A DNA stretch of 64,000 bases, taken from assembly GCA_002633005.1 (NCBI GenBank), contig NMRA01000294.1, forward strand, positions 302,948-366,947, written 5' to 3'. Each line of letters begins with the position of its first letter. Position 1 is the stretch's first letter. Both the position numbers and the translations under genes were made by a program. Shown one piece after another: positions 52,380-64,000 of this stretch. This DNA comes from Phoronis australis (lineage: Eukaryota; Animalia; Phoronida). Under the pieces are notes generated by a model. That model was not told the origin of the DNA. It was given only the letters and a program-made list of their open reading frames with translations, and did no database searches.

Positions 52380-53950
52380 AACATGTTTGCCCTTTTTGTT
52401 AATTGTAACGAAAGTTTTGCGAAACACTTGGATTTTCAATGAATTACTAAACACGAGTAACGGATCTCCACCAAGCTTTCGTAGGAAGACGATAACTCGT
52501 CATGAGATCCTATCAATTTCTGTTCAAATTAGCATGGTATGACATGATCTGATATCATTTCTTAGAAGATGAAAGGTAGGCCGAAGCTTACGTCATTACT
52601 GGGCACGATCGTGTTCTCATTTTAATATTAGATCACCACCACGAAAATCAACTTTAGAATTGGATGACTTGCCGTTAAGAAACCATGCAGTCTCAAATTG
52701 TTTCGAAGTCAAATAAGAGGTGATTCCAGAGGCTCGTGAGACTGACAGTTTTTTTGATTTTTTGAGTCCAGGGTATGCTAATAAATTTGTTTGCCTGCCT
52801 TTGTGGGCATGTCATTTTACGACCAGGGCAGTCCGAAGATATCACTATACGAACTACATATATCAAAATTCAGCCAGATAAATTCACTCCTCATCTGAGT
52901 GAAGAACAAGTGGCGACCTTAGCGGTGAACGGCTTAAGAAAACAAATTTTCACTTTGAAGGAAAGCGGGTTTAAAAAGTAGGAGCAATCAGAGAAGTTTA
53001 CAAAAAGTAAGAGGTGGTAACGGTTCCTCAAATTTTTATTTGTGTTGTATTTATAAATTCAGTTTCACTGTCGTTTTGTACTCATGTTCCTCGGGCGACC
53101 TAAAACGTTTTTAGCCTGATATCGATTTCTTAATTGCATTTTCCCTTATTGTGAGTGCACCTGTTTCTTAGAAAAGGATTTTCTTTCAATGTTGAATTGA
53201 ACCCTCCCAGATCGAGCATACAGTGAACTGAGTTTAAATATTACTCAGTTGTTGATTTTAGTGATCACCGATAGGAGTGCTACGAGATTTAACATATAAA
53301 ATTCGAGAAACAATTACTTTCGATTTTTCATTTCATCAAAGATATCACTAAATGAATATTGAAAAAGGACAATTATAAATTGAGAATCACAAGATGACAT
53401 CTTATGAATTGTATCCCGGCAAGATGTCTATAATCATATAAGACTAAAAATCAAAAAGAACTGGCACGTGTTCGCGGGTTGGAAAAAGTCGTATGGTGAA
53501 ACTAGCCTATTTTGTGTATTTGTCAAGTGCTGGATTTGCATTTTAAACGAGTGTTATGGCTAATTTTGAGGGACATTTTTCCTATAGGCATATTAAATTC
53601 AGTCTTGTAACAATTAAAAAAACCATGAAAACGAAGAGGGTGTGTTGTAACAAACCCATATAAACAAATTGTTCCTTTACTATCGCTCATTGTTTATCTA
53701 CAGCGCTCACGAATTCAAACAAGAAAACCAGCCGAATTCGCACACATTCACAAACACGACTGACTGGATGTCACAGTTAGCGAACTAAAGACGACCCAAA
53801 CATCTTCACGGGCCTCTCTGGTTTCCTGTGTGCCCACTAGGAGGAAGTTCCCCTTCCCCTAGCGGTCACGCAGAGAACCAGCGAGGTACACAGGCTGACT
53901 ATACGCTAAGCACTATTTGTGTTGGTGCAGCTTGGAAAATGACAAGATTA

Positions 53951-54095
53951 CATGAGCGGCGCACCATAGGGGGTTAGGGGCTATAACCCCCACGATTTTC
54001 AATGCTACGCCGACCATGGTTTATGGGCGGTGCACCACACGGGGGCTGGGGGGCTCATAGCCCCCACTTTTTTGAAATGCTGCGCCGTACCATTG
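53951..54095. mobile_element. CATG-ended MITE family copy with two tandem subunits
   Basis: catgagcggcgcaccataggggg..tgctgcgccg; homologous to 35483 and 3570. Confidence 0.7.
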
Positions 54096-55321
54096 TCATA
54101 TGTAACAAAAGGCGAAAAGTGTGTAACAAGTTTGCGACAAACACTCTTTGATGGAGTTTTTCACAGTGTCATATCATTGCTTTTAAAAATCCACCTCACC
54201 CATTTAGCCTGTCTCTTATTGTGGGAAATGGAATAATACTTTTACTCTCATCGAATCTTATTGTACCCGTGACAGGAGTTTTATTTCCCTTACCAACTCA
54301 AGTCACAGGCAATGAGTGACTTTTGAGTTAACATTTCTAGTCTTGGCCCATCCGAATAAATAATAGACATCCTATCATTGCCAGGAGAGCAATCCCCAAA
54401 GAAAAAGTCGAGTCTTTTAGTATGTTTTAACGTATCTACGACAAAAACTTGTATATCTTAGTAATGGATAAAATGAATGTCATGCTAGATTCGTAGTTTT
54501 TTAGTTTTCATCATAAATTATAGACAACGGCGTATGCCTTTTGAGTGAACAATTCTCGCTGTCCATATCAAAATCCGAGCAATTAATCAACACTGACACT
54601 CGAAAGTCGAATTAATATTTTTGTTTGTCATTTTTAAAATATTTTTGAAGAAGCTATTGAATAATCTGAAATTAACTAAACCGAGATAACAATGAGTAGT
54701 ACAGATTATGTTGAAATTCGCCCACAGACAAGTTGCACGAGTTATATCGATAAAAATCAAATAATAAAATCAATATAATCTAAGTTACGTTTGATTATTG
54801 ACAATTTTTAACAAACAGATGGAGAAAACAACATGAAAGTACTTGAAGATGCTTTAACGTAAAGTTTGAGGCTACTGACATCCCAATATCAGAAAATTTA
54901 AAAAATTGTCCCGATTTCCTGTCCAATCCCCGGTGGGGTCCCTGTTTTAAAGGTCGGCTACGGTCAGTGTTTTAGAGGTCGGGGTTCGTGTTTTTCGGGA
55001 TGGTTAACTGTTTTGAAGATGCGGAACTCTGTTTTCGACTCCGGAATATTTATTTTACACCGAGATTGCTGGGGCAACGTTATGTTCATCGTGCACAATG
55101 TTTGTCCTTTCTTCACATATAGTCCAGTTGTCATTTTGCCGGCAGGGGCTAAAGGCTACTCATTTGTATATTGAGGTCTGTGGCTCCTGGGAGCATCTTC
55201 ACGCGGTCTGCAGTGATCGGAAATTTTGTTTTTCTGCGTTTTTTTTCCAAAAAACACAATTTATTGCAAAATATTCCTTTGCAGTAGGCTTTTCTCTGCG
55301 CCCTGAGACTTGCACACAAGG

Positions 55322-55402
55322 CTCGCGAGACGAGCGACTTAGAGAACTCGTCAAACTAACACTTAAAAGTGACACCTGGTGGGAAATGCGAGCTGACGTG
55401 GC
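55322..55402 (+). promoter_or_regulatory. Putative TM9SF3 promoter motifs (CTCGCGAGA; TGACGTGG/ACGTGGC)
   Basis: CTCGCGAGA at 55322-30 (BANP/Kaiso-type housekeeping motif) and TGACGTGGC at 55394-402, 84-165 bp before the ATG. Confidence 0.4.
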
Positions 55403-55485
55403 TACCAGCCATATTGAAATTCTCCGATGGGAGACTACTGACAGTAATCGAAAAACATCTCTCTTTCATTGATATTTGACATCTT

Positions 55486-55581
55486 ATGTCATCAAGCACC
55501 ATGAGCAGTAATGCCTTGTTGTGGGTTTGCATTATTCTATTTTTCTCATCGACAGCCACTGGGGATGAACATGAGCATGTC
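55486..55581 (+). CDS. TM9SF3: TM9SF3 exon 1 (signal peptide + DEHEH)
   Basis: Reads MSSSTMSSNALLWVCIILFFSSTATGDEHEHV|gtaagt. DEHEH is the conserved mature N-terminus of TM9SF3. The start could instead be the ATG at 55501. Confidence 0.88.
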
Positions 55582-55857
55582 GTAAGTTATACACTTAAAT
55601 CTTATTGAATCGTTGGTTAGGTTGTTATGTTGCAAAATTTGTGTTAGACATTTTAATATAATGACAAAGAGTATGGAACTAGTACTTCATTTAGTTGACT
55701 ATAACACTGTCATTGACTCATGAACATTGCTGATATTGAACAATACTCTCTTTATCCTGGAAATGCTACTACTACTGCCAGCCGCCAAGTGCAAGAGAAA
55801 TTTACAGGCGTCCTAGGCAATGACCATCGCCTCTGTTGGCCCGACCGGAGGCGATGC

Positions 55858-56722
55858 AGCTCCTATAGGCGCTCCATACGCCGGAAGCTTTTCGGCGAAT
55901 TATGCCTCGCACCGACTAAAAGATCAAAGTCACGTTGTTATAAATACCTTTTGCGCATAGAGGAACACCTTGGGAGGTTGTCAATGTGTTTAATTCCTTT
56001 TAACTTGAACAAATACTTCCGTTATCGAACTTTTTGTTCGAGCAGTGATTCGTTCAGTTCCCAAAATCATGAACTCACCATTTTTATACTGCGTACGCTC
56101 CAATTTTCACCGCGCTCGCTAGGTGATGTGACTTCATGACCTCAATCTTTAAATAGGCCAAAGATGAGCCATTGCGGTCTTGTCAGTCAAATGTTTGTTT
56201 CCAAAATGCCACCACTACTTGTCTTTGATTGGCATTACTTGAAACTGATTGTATTTCAATGAATTATTGTTTGTATTTGATAAAAATAAATGCTGTTGAT
56301 TTGACATTTGATAGTCTTTGTGCACATATTTGACAATTTAATGTTTAACAACACGGCAAATGCACGGCTGGTTCCCGGCAGCACGTACGCAGAGGGCGGG
56401 GACTTCAGCTTTCAAAGTTCGCCAGTAGGACCGCAACTTCTGACCTTCGGCCTGGTTAAAAGAATGAGGTCATATCTCATGGCGTGTGCCGAGTGAAAAT
56501 GGTGAGTTCACGATTTTGGGAACTGAAATAGGGACTGCTCGAAGAAAAAGTTTGATAACGGGAGTATTTGTTCAAGTTGGAAGGAATTAAACACATTGAC
56601 AACCTCATAAGGTGTTCCTCTATGCGCAAAAGGTATTTATAACAACGTGACTTTGATGTTTTAGTCGGTGCGAGGCATAATTTGCCGAAAAGCTTCCGGC
56701 GTATGGAGCTCCTATAGGAGCT
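55858..56722. mobile_element. Foldback/long-TIR element in TM9SF3 intron 1 (227-bp arms, 411-bp spacer)
   Basis: 55858-56084 is the reverse complement of 56496-56722 with few mismatches. This explains the near-identical ORF peptides at 55720+ and 56477-. Confidence 0.88.
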
Positions 56723-57926
56723 CCCGTTTACACAATGGAACAACTCGTTCCGTGTCAGCTGATTCGCGTCAACTTTTGAAGTGTAAACGGCACTTAATTT
56801 AAAAACAATTAATTAAAATGTGTTTTTGTTACAGTGATTAGTAATCTTTTAAGTTTTATTTCTCATCAAAATACAGCTAGGTACCACTGTGTGTTAATCT
56901 TCCATAAACCTCGAAATTGCACACAGCCAGGGTAGTTCTACTCGTCACCACGCCCTGAAACTTGTGCTAAAGACTGGTCGGGGTGCATGCAAAATCTGTG
57001 AATCAACTGACACTCACCTTGCTCGTTACAGCCGTTTAATAATAATGATAATGATGATGATGATGATAATAAATAAGTTTATTTATAGAAGATAAAAACA
57101 TGTTAAGTGTAAAACTTATCTACCACATGGTCCTCGAAATTACAATAAATAGATAAATAAAATAAATAAATAAGATGAACAATGATATGAATGAAAAATG
57201 AAATGAATAAGTAAAGTTAATTAATATATACAATTTTTGACATGCATGCAGATATAAGTGAAAAACAATCTTAATAAAGTCACTTTCTTGCATAATTCTT
57301 CGCCTTTTGTAACAGTCAAAAGTATTTCGTCGTTATGAAAACAGTACGCTCGTGTCATGCGCACGTGCCATTTTCTAAACTTTTGTGACATCTCTCGGGA
57401 GATGATGACAGTTGTGCAGAAGCAAATTTGATTCTGGAATTCGGTTTGATTGTATTAAAATACTAAAAACTTGTAACTAAATGAAGCCAGTTCCGAATTT
57501 GTTGTCACATCTGCGCAACCTTGTGGAAGAACAGTTGATTGAAGAATCTATGGAAAAAGAAACTGACCAATAGGTGATGCAATATTTCATGGCGCTGAAA
57601 GCTGTCGCTAAAGATCGCTCCACAACTTAAGCTGCAGAATAACAGTTGAACGCCATATCTTCCAACACCATTAAATAATTTAGTCTACTCAAGGAAGACT
57701 ATAGTTTTTAATGACACTATTTTTGTGTCAGATTTTATCTGGCCAGTTTTTTACCCACTTTGGTGCAAAGCTGTATACTGTACCAAGGCTAAGCATAGGC
57801 CTACTTGTGATGATTTCGTACAAAAGGTCAATCAGTACATTTTATTTAAAAACATTGAATTAGTAGCGAAAGACCAATAAAGCTTAAATACTGCAAAAGT
57901 TTGAATCATTCTGAATTGATATCTTG

Positions 57927-58344
57927 CAGGGCTTGGAATTTTCCGCGGAAACGCGGATTTCCGCTTTTTTGAAATGTGCTTTCCGCTTTTTTTATAATAT
58001 TTCCGCGTAAAAAAATCGGATTTGATATGAAATTTCCGCGGAAAATTCCTTTCTTACCGCGGCGTTGCAGACGACGTTGGTGTGATTTTCAATGGCGGCT
58101 CGTGTTATTGTTAAGCGCGGCGACAAATACTACCGCTCTGCAGCCAAATTTGTGTGGGTTGGGAGTGGACGGGCGAGCGAAAAGGACGCAGACGCATGCT
58201 ACTGATGGTGGTAACGTTTTTTTCTAGTCCTCCCGATTTTTGTCGTGGAAAGATTCACATTGACCATTTCAAAGGTTGGTTATCGGGCATGATTTGGGCC
58301 GTAAAAGTTTCCGCGTTTTTTGTCATTGGTCATTCCAAGCCCTG
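57927..58344. mobile_element. 418-bp hAT-like MITE, 13-bp TIR, near-perfect 6-bp TSD (ATCTTG/ATCTTA)
   Basis: cagggcttggaat..attccaagccctg with repeated ttccgc subterminal motifs. Confidence 0.8.
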
Positions 58345-59413
58345 ATCTTAGTCAAACAATTTAATACTAAAAATTCACAGCGTTTATATATGTGTCACAC
58401 TAACCCATCGAACTGTCTGACAAAAATTTCTTTATAGAAGATATCAGAAAAATAGTGTGTCGTACTTCGCAAAAATTCCACTAAATCATCATAAAAAATT
58501 GTAACTTAATTTAACTCAAAGAAAATTAATGTTAGAAATTTTTTTTAAATTTCAAATTCTCTACTTACGTCTGTCACACTCCCTATAAAGGCAATTTTCT
58601 CAGTCAGATAAAAAGATAGGGGAATAGTTGACATACTTTTTGAAAGCTATCAACGAGATCTATCAATTGATGTATAAATTATTTTCCTAGCGTGCATTTT
58701 TTCACAATTTTATCGCAAAGTTCCTTGATTGTACATCCATCACAAACGGAATTGGTCATTCAGTTTATTCAAGGAATTGTGTAGTTTTTCAGCGCTCGGC
58801 GTAACGAGTTGCAGGTCACATTTGTGACCTGAAATTAGGAAGTGTGAACTGAGATTTTGGCCAGCTCTCATTAAGTCGCCACATGCGACCTGGAATTTCC
58901 AGTGTATGCGAGCTGAGATTTTACGCTTCTCCGCAGATAGGTGACAAACATCAAGTCACTCGAGTGAACCGTGGCTGCTGTTATTTGGTTGTTGTGAAAT
59001 TAAGTTATAAAGAGCTCTAGCAGAGAACCCCACTCACGGTGTTTGTGAACAAGTCGCGTGAAGCTGGGATAATGCAGAATGGATCTTTGATGCGTTTCAT
59101 TGGCTACTAGTATTTTCGACATCTTGAAAATTTTCACCGCGATGACCGTGCTCAGCGACTAGTGCTGTTTTAGTGACATTAATTTTGTGTCAGATTTTAT
59201 TTTGTCATTTTTATCCACACGAGTGTATAGCTGTAGTTTTAGCATACTGCTTTTCACGCTAAACTCGTCCGAGGTGAAGACATTGAGTATGTGACCACGA
59301 GTAAGGTTTCAGACAGTAAGAATGACATGGATGGGGCCATAAAACTACAGTCACATGTCATTAGTCGGAACACAAGACTTTGGCTTAGTACATCTATGGA
59401 TCATTTCTTGCAG

Positions 59414-59609
59414 TACAAAGATGAGGAGGAAGTGGTGTTGTGGATGAACACTGTCGGGCCGTACCACAACCGGCAGGAGACGTACGCTTTCTTCACGCTG
59501 CCGTTCTGTGCTGGGCCCAAGCAAACTATCAGTCATTACCACGAGACAATTGGTGAGGCACTGCAGGGAACTGAGCTGGAGCACAGTGGTTTAGATATCA
59601 GCTTCAAAG
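59414..59609 (+). CDS. TM9SF3: TM9SF3 exon 2
   Basis: ttcttgcag|[51 protein letters not shown]|gtgagg. Confidence 0.96.
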
Positions 59610-60101
59610 GTGAGGCTAGTGCAGTTCTGTGCTTGTTTGGCTTACACAAGTGCTTTCCCTATATATTTTCACTTGTTGCGAACATAGAACTGGTTTTGAA
59701 AGATATTGCAAAGGTAGACACATGTTGTAAATTAGAGCCCTGTTTATATTTATGTGTCTTATAGGAATTGAAGTTCAATGGCATTTTTTGAAATTGTGCC
59801 CATTTTGTTAGTGCACCACTAGAAATTGAAAATTCAACTTAAGATTTCTCTTTGTTTTGAAAGAGAAGACAACAGCTTGATGTGTGACCGTGTTTTGACC
59901 ACATTGGTTGGCGTTTAAATTTGTTGTGCAAAGTTTTTAACCAAAATGAAGGGACAAGAGAGTACTTTTAAAGTAGAAATGGTGAGGTATACGAGTGCAC
60001 AGGACACAGGTAGTCCCAGGTGTTCAAACAGTCGAAAAGTGTGAGGTGAGCATTTAGTCAAACATAGGTTTTAAACCTTAGGAGTAGTACGATAATTGGT
60101 T

Positions 60102-60402
60102 TGAAGTCTGTGGTAGGATATAATAATGTTGGGCGGCTGGCTGACTATATGACAAAGGATGGTGAAGTCTGTGGTAGGATGTAATAATGTTGGTCGACTG
60201 ACTGACTATATAACAGAGGATGGGAAGTCTGTGGTAGGATGTAATAATGTTGGTCGACTGACTGACTCTATAACAGAGGATGGTGAAGTCTGTGCTAGGA
60301 TGTAATAATGTTGGTCGACTGACTGACTCTATAACAGAGGATGGTGAAGTCTGGGGTAGGATGTAATAATGTTGGTCCCCTGGCTGACTATATAACAGGA
60401 TG
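60102..60402. repeat. Intronic minisatellite, 60-61-bp unit x5
   Basis: gaagtctgtggtaggatgtaataatgttgg.. at 60103, 60164, 60224, 60285 and 60346. Confidence 0.93.
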
Positions 60403-61406
60403 AGTGCTGTGTAAACACTTGTAAAGCAAACATGTCCCTGGTTGGTCATTAGTAAGGAATATGGTTGTGAATGACAAGAAATGGCACATGATCTCTTAGA
60501 ATGTTTCAGTTGTTGAGCTAATCACATGTGTTACTTTGTTGCTTTCTTCTCTACTTAATGAAATATTCAAGGTTGTGTTCAGCAAAGCCTTTATCTGTTT
60601 ACTGTCTCTAAGGATACACTGTAATTTTGTAGTTTCATGTGCACACTTTAACTTTGTAGTCTGTAGGCCTTATCATCTTTACATGTGTGCATGTGTGTGT
60701 GTATATATCATATGTAAAACGCTTAGCTTAACGCCAGCTTGCCAAATGCAGCTTATCGAAAATCCCTGGTCACCAAATGAAACTGAGTTCGCCAAAACAG
60801 GTTGGAACTCGGCGACCAAGACCAAAAAACGCATGCTGCTGTCACCAGTATTAAAAATCGTGTATACTTGTACTTTGTCCTGTAAATATACAGCATTAGT
60901 GGTGTATTGCAGTACAAATACCCTGATGCTGCGTATCAGCGCATCAGAATAGACTATGCAAGGCTAATGTTTGTGCCATCTTCCCACTGGGGTCCCTGTG
61001 TTGACTCTATGATCACTTGAACAACGTTTACCCGAGTTCATAATTTATTCAGATATATTTCCAAGTTGTATTTAGGTTTGATCACCCTGGCTCAATTTAA
61101 CTGAAACCCTCTTACCAAGAGAAAATCCAAGTAATAGAAATCGCTGGCCACACGTGATTCATGGTCTGACTTTGCCCAGTTTTGGCCGAGCAATTACGAC
61201 TTTTGTCTGGTTGCTTCCTCTTTTAATTTGAGCATGTTTGGTATGTTTGAAGCGAATTTCGGATGAATTTTTGTCTTGAATTTGCTATTCGCTGTGGAAA
61301 TATCATGGTGACTTGGGATTTTTCTGAAGTCGCATTGGCGAGTTGCATGTCGCCAAATTGAGTACTGACAAACACACACGCATACGCACACACTCACACA
61401 CTCAAA

Positions 61407-61659
61407 CACTGGGTGTCCCCCTCACTACCTCAGTATTGGCCCTTGCAATGTATTCAGGTATTCAGTGCCCATCCTACACCCCCTCAGTATTGGCCCTTTC
61501 ATTGGGTGTCCCTCCCTCATTCCCTCAGTATTGACCCTTACATTGGGTGTCCCTCCCTCTCTCCCTCAGTATTGGCCCTTACATTGGATGCTCCGCCTTC
61601 ACTCCCTCAGTATTGACTCCTACATTGTGTGTACCTCCCTCACTCTCTCAGTATTGTCC
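61407..61659. repeat. Intronic minisatellite, 41-bp unit, about 6 copies
   Basis: cagtattg recurs at 61431, 61485, 61526, 61567, 61608 and 61649. Confidence 0.9.
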
Positions 61660-61803
61660 GTTAGTCTATTCCTGTCTTCACCCTCTCCTACTTCCGTCTA
61701 TGCCATTCGTCCCCTTTCCTTCACTACGTCCTCCTCTACATAGACTGAATGCAGTGTGTTATTGGCATTGAATCTACCCTAATGCATTTGCTTTTTGCCT
61801 TAG

Positions 61804-61926
61804 TTGATGTTGGTAAGACACCATTCTGTACTGTGACACTGTCGGAGGACAAAGCACGTCTGTTTACTTATGCTGTGAAGAACCACTACTGGTATCAGAT
61901 GTACATAGACGACCTGCCAGTGTGGG
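61804..61926 (+). CDS. TM9SF3: TM9SF3 exon 3
   Basis: ttttgccttag|..FTYAVKNHYWYQMYIDDLPVW|gtgagt. Phases are compatible with exons 2 and 4. Confidence 0.96.
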
Positions 61927-62107
61927 GTGAGTAAGTTATGCAACATACCTTATGTTGAAGTTGAACAACAGGAAGGACTTTTCTAACAAAATTTTTCACA
62001 TTGTGTATGCTTCTGGTATAATTATCTCTCCGACAATGGTTCAGCAAAACTTAGCCTGACTGATTACTTAGCAAGTGTTGTTATTCTAGTTCTCTGTTAT
62101 CGTGCAG

Positions 62108-62346
62108 GCATTGTTGGTGAGATAGAGGAAGGTGGTGAGGGTTACTATATATGGACTCATAAGAAGTTAGACATTGGTTACAACGGCAACCAGATTGTTG
62201 ATGTGAATCTCACCAGCGAGGTCAAGGTTTTGGTTGACCCCTCCGTAAAAGTCAGCTTCACTTATGAAGTCAAGTGGCACAGGTCAAACATCAAGTTTGT
62301 GGACAGATTTGACAAGTACTTGGATCCTAATTTCTTCCAGCACAGG
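62108..62346 (+). CDS. TM9SF3: TM9SF3 exon 4
   Basis: gtgcag|[49 protein letters not shown]|gtaggc. Confidence 0.96.
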
Positions 62347-63057
62347 GTAGGCATTCTTAGTAACGAGCACTTCAAGTGTCGAGTGTTACTGGCACACTTT
62401 CCAAGGATTAGTTTAAACTAGAGGTGTAGCCTCGTTACCTTTTTACCCGAGTCACGGTGGGGGTGCAGTCTTAAAGTAGAACTTGCTTGCTGATTCCTTA
62501 TCTTTCTGATTGCTTGGCCTAATTGATTAGAAACACAATAAAACAATGGTGTGAATGTGAAGTAGGTTTAAAATTGCCAAATGTTTTTAAGGACGAGTTT
62601 TGTGGCGAAAATGATCTGCCGCAAATCTCTGAACTGTGTCCATTAAGTATCGGGACGTGTTGCCGAGGAATAACACTGCATGATGCGAGCTTTGTGAGCC
62701 TGAGAGGTACACCATTAGTACAAAGGTCACCTATTTGCAGATTTTTTGTTTTCATATTTATAAGTTGTCAATGAACACAACTGCACTTTGTTTAGCGTAG
62801 ATTATGTTAAAATAACATTGCCGTGTTCTTGCTATGCACTAGCCATTAGCACTGTTAGGAGCATGCGAATACATCTTTAAAGGATATCATATTGTTCTCT
62901 CTTCTTATTTTCTGCCTATTTTAAGTTTTCTTCCTCATTTTACTTGTCATGAAATAAAACTCCAGACATCCAATTATGTTAAAGCTGAAAAAAATAGAGC
63001 TTTTGTTGGACTTTGATACCAAAGCACAACGTTGATGATTGATGTACTTAATTTCAG

Positions 63058-63189
63058 ATTCATTGGTTTTCTATCTTCAACTCTTTCATGATGGTCATCT
63101 TTTTGGTGGGTCTTGTTACCATGATCCTTATGCGCACCCTACGTAAGGACTACGCCCGTTACAGCAAAGACGAGGAAATGGACGATATG
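63058..63189 (+). CDS. TM9SF3: TM9SF3 exon 5 (first TM helix); the gene continues beyond the window
   Basis: atttcag|[44 protein letters not shown]|gtatgt. Confidence 0.96.
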
Positions 63190-63551
63190 GTATGTTGACT
63201 CCAACTGTCTGTTGTCAGTTTTTCTTCATGAACATATTAAACCTGTGATGTGGAAAATGCCGCCCCAGTCTGATTGTCAGTGACTGAGTGGCACATTTCA
63301 TCTGAGGTCTGATACTAATAAATACCTCAACATAAGTTTGGAAATTGTGTTCGCTCGTCTGTGTTTTCATTATCTTTGGTTTATTTTAATTGTGTTGCAT
63401 ACCTATGAAAACCTCAGGCATTCCCCTTCCCAACAATACCACATTTTGTTAATAATTTTTTTATGTGCTCAGTAACTTTGCTGCCAAAGGGGGGTTGGTC
63501 TCGAAGTCAATGTTGCAAATTTCCCTGTTTTTGCCAAGCAGTGTCACCACC

Positions 63552-63944
63552 ATTGATGACATCCTAAATGTACTAAAAAATACACTGAGGCGATATCCTG
63601 CTGCCAGTGTCAATCTGCAGTCTGAAACGTATGCGACCTAATTCCATCTTCCAAGATGATAATGTGTGCCTCCACCGAGCCAAGCATGTGAGAGACCATC
63701 TGTGCCACGTGGTAGTACAGCAAATCGAATGGCCGCATGCAGCTCAGACTGAACCCTATCGAACACTTGTGGAACCAACTCCGACAGGCTGTACATGAGT
63801 GACTGACCAAAACAACCACTGTGGCTTATTTAAGGCGCTTACTGGCTCAGGAGTGGAATGCCTTAATGCAGCATTGCATTGCCAGGCGTGCGAAGAAGGT
63901 GTGTCGCTGTAGTGACTGAGAATGGTTCGTCAACCCGACTCTGA
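63552..63944 (+). pseudogene. Decayed Tc1-like (DD34E) transposase C-terminal fragment in TM9SF3 intron 5
   Basis: IFQDDNVCLHRAKHVRDHL..IEWP, then frameshifted LNPIEHLW..LAQEWNAL..RRRCVAVV..NG. Matches the Tc1 FQxDNxxxH and WPxxSPDLNPIEHLW motifs. Confidence 0.85.
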
Positions 63945-64000
63945 GAAGGATGTCACTGTTGTCTATCAGTCAGACCTCACTACAGTACTGTTTATCAGTC

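Noticed and set aside
55720-56743. Two ORFs with near-identical peptides (SSYRRSIRRKLFG..) suggesting a gene pair
   Set aside because: They are translations of the two arms of one inverted repeat inside an intron.
59291-59764. 157-aa single-exon ORF
   Set aside because: Only 59414-59609 is TM9SF3 exon 2; the remainder is intron read-through beyond the splice sites.
1-64000. Conserved miRNA genes, rRNA genes and the many remaining 60-130-aa ORFs
   Set aside because: Only seed-length miRNA resemblances were seen (e.g. 42905, 53418) and no rRNA similarity. The short ORFs often use non-ATG starts, overlap repeats and lack domains.

Overview
AT-rich animal genomic DNA, probably a lophotrochozoan such as a mollusc (inferred from gene and repeat content). 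It has GT-AG introns and three single N gap characters (31844, 36166, 47221). Three protein-coding genes are supported. (1) An intronless class A GPCR of the FMRFamide/sex-peptide/myosuppressin-receptor-like group (8916..10301, -). (2) A SOCS2/CISH-like SH2 + SOCS-box gene (43546..44455, -) with a predicted 7-codon first exon. (3) The first five coding exons of TM9SF3 (55486..63189, +), which continues past the window. The rest is intergenic or intronic DNA rich in non-autonomous DNA transposons (several with readable target-site duplications), decayed L1/Tx1, Tc1 and THAP coding remnants, and minisatellites. The most notable signals are a compact STAT/CArG/ETS/CRE/E-box promoter and an apparent locus-wide excess of STAT5-type sites around the SOCS gene, an inverted-repeat element carrying two outward-facing tRNA-like modules, a set of 5-bp-TSD MITE families, a 227-bp foldback in TM9SF3 intron 1, and a 19/20 match to the phage T7 promoter. 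There are no CRISPR arrays, rRNA genes or prokaryotic operons. All calls were made by eye, without database searches.
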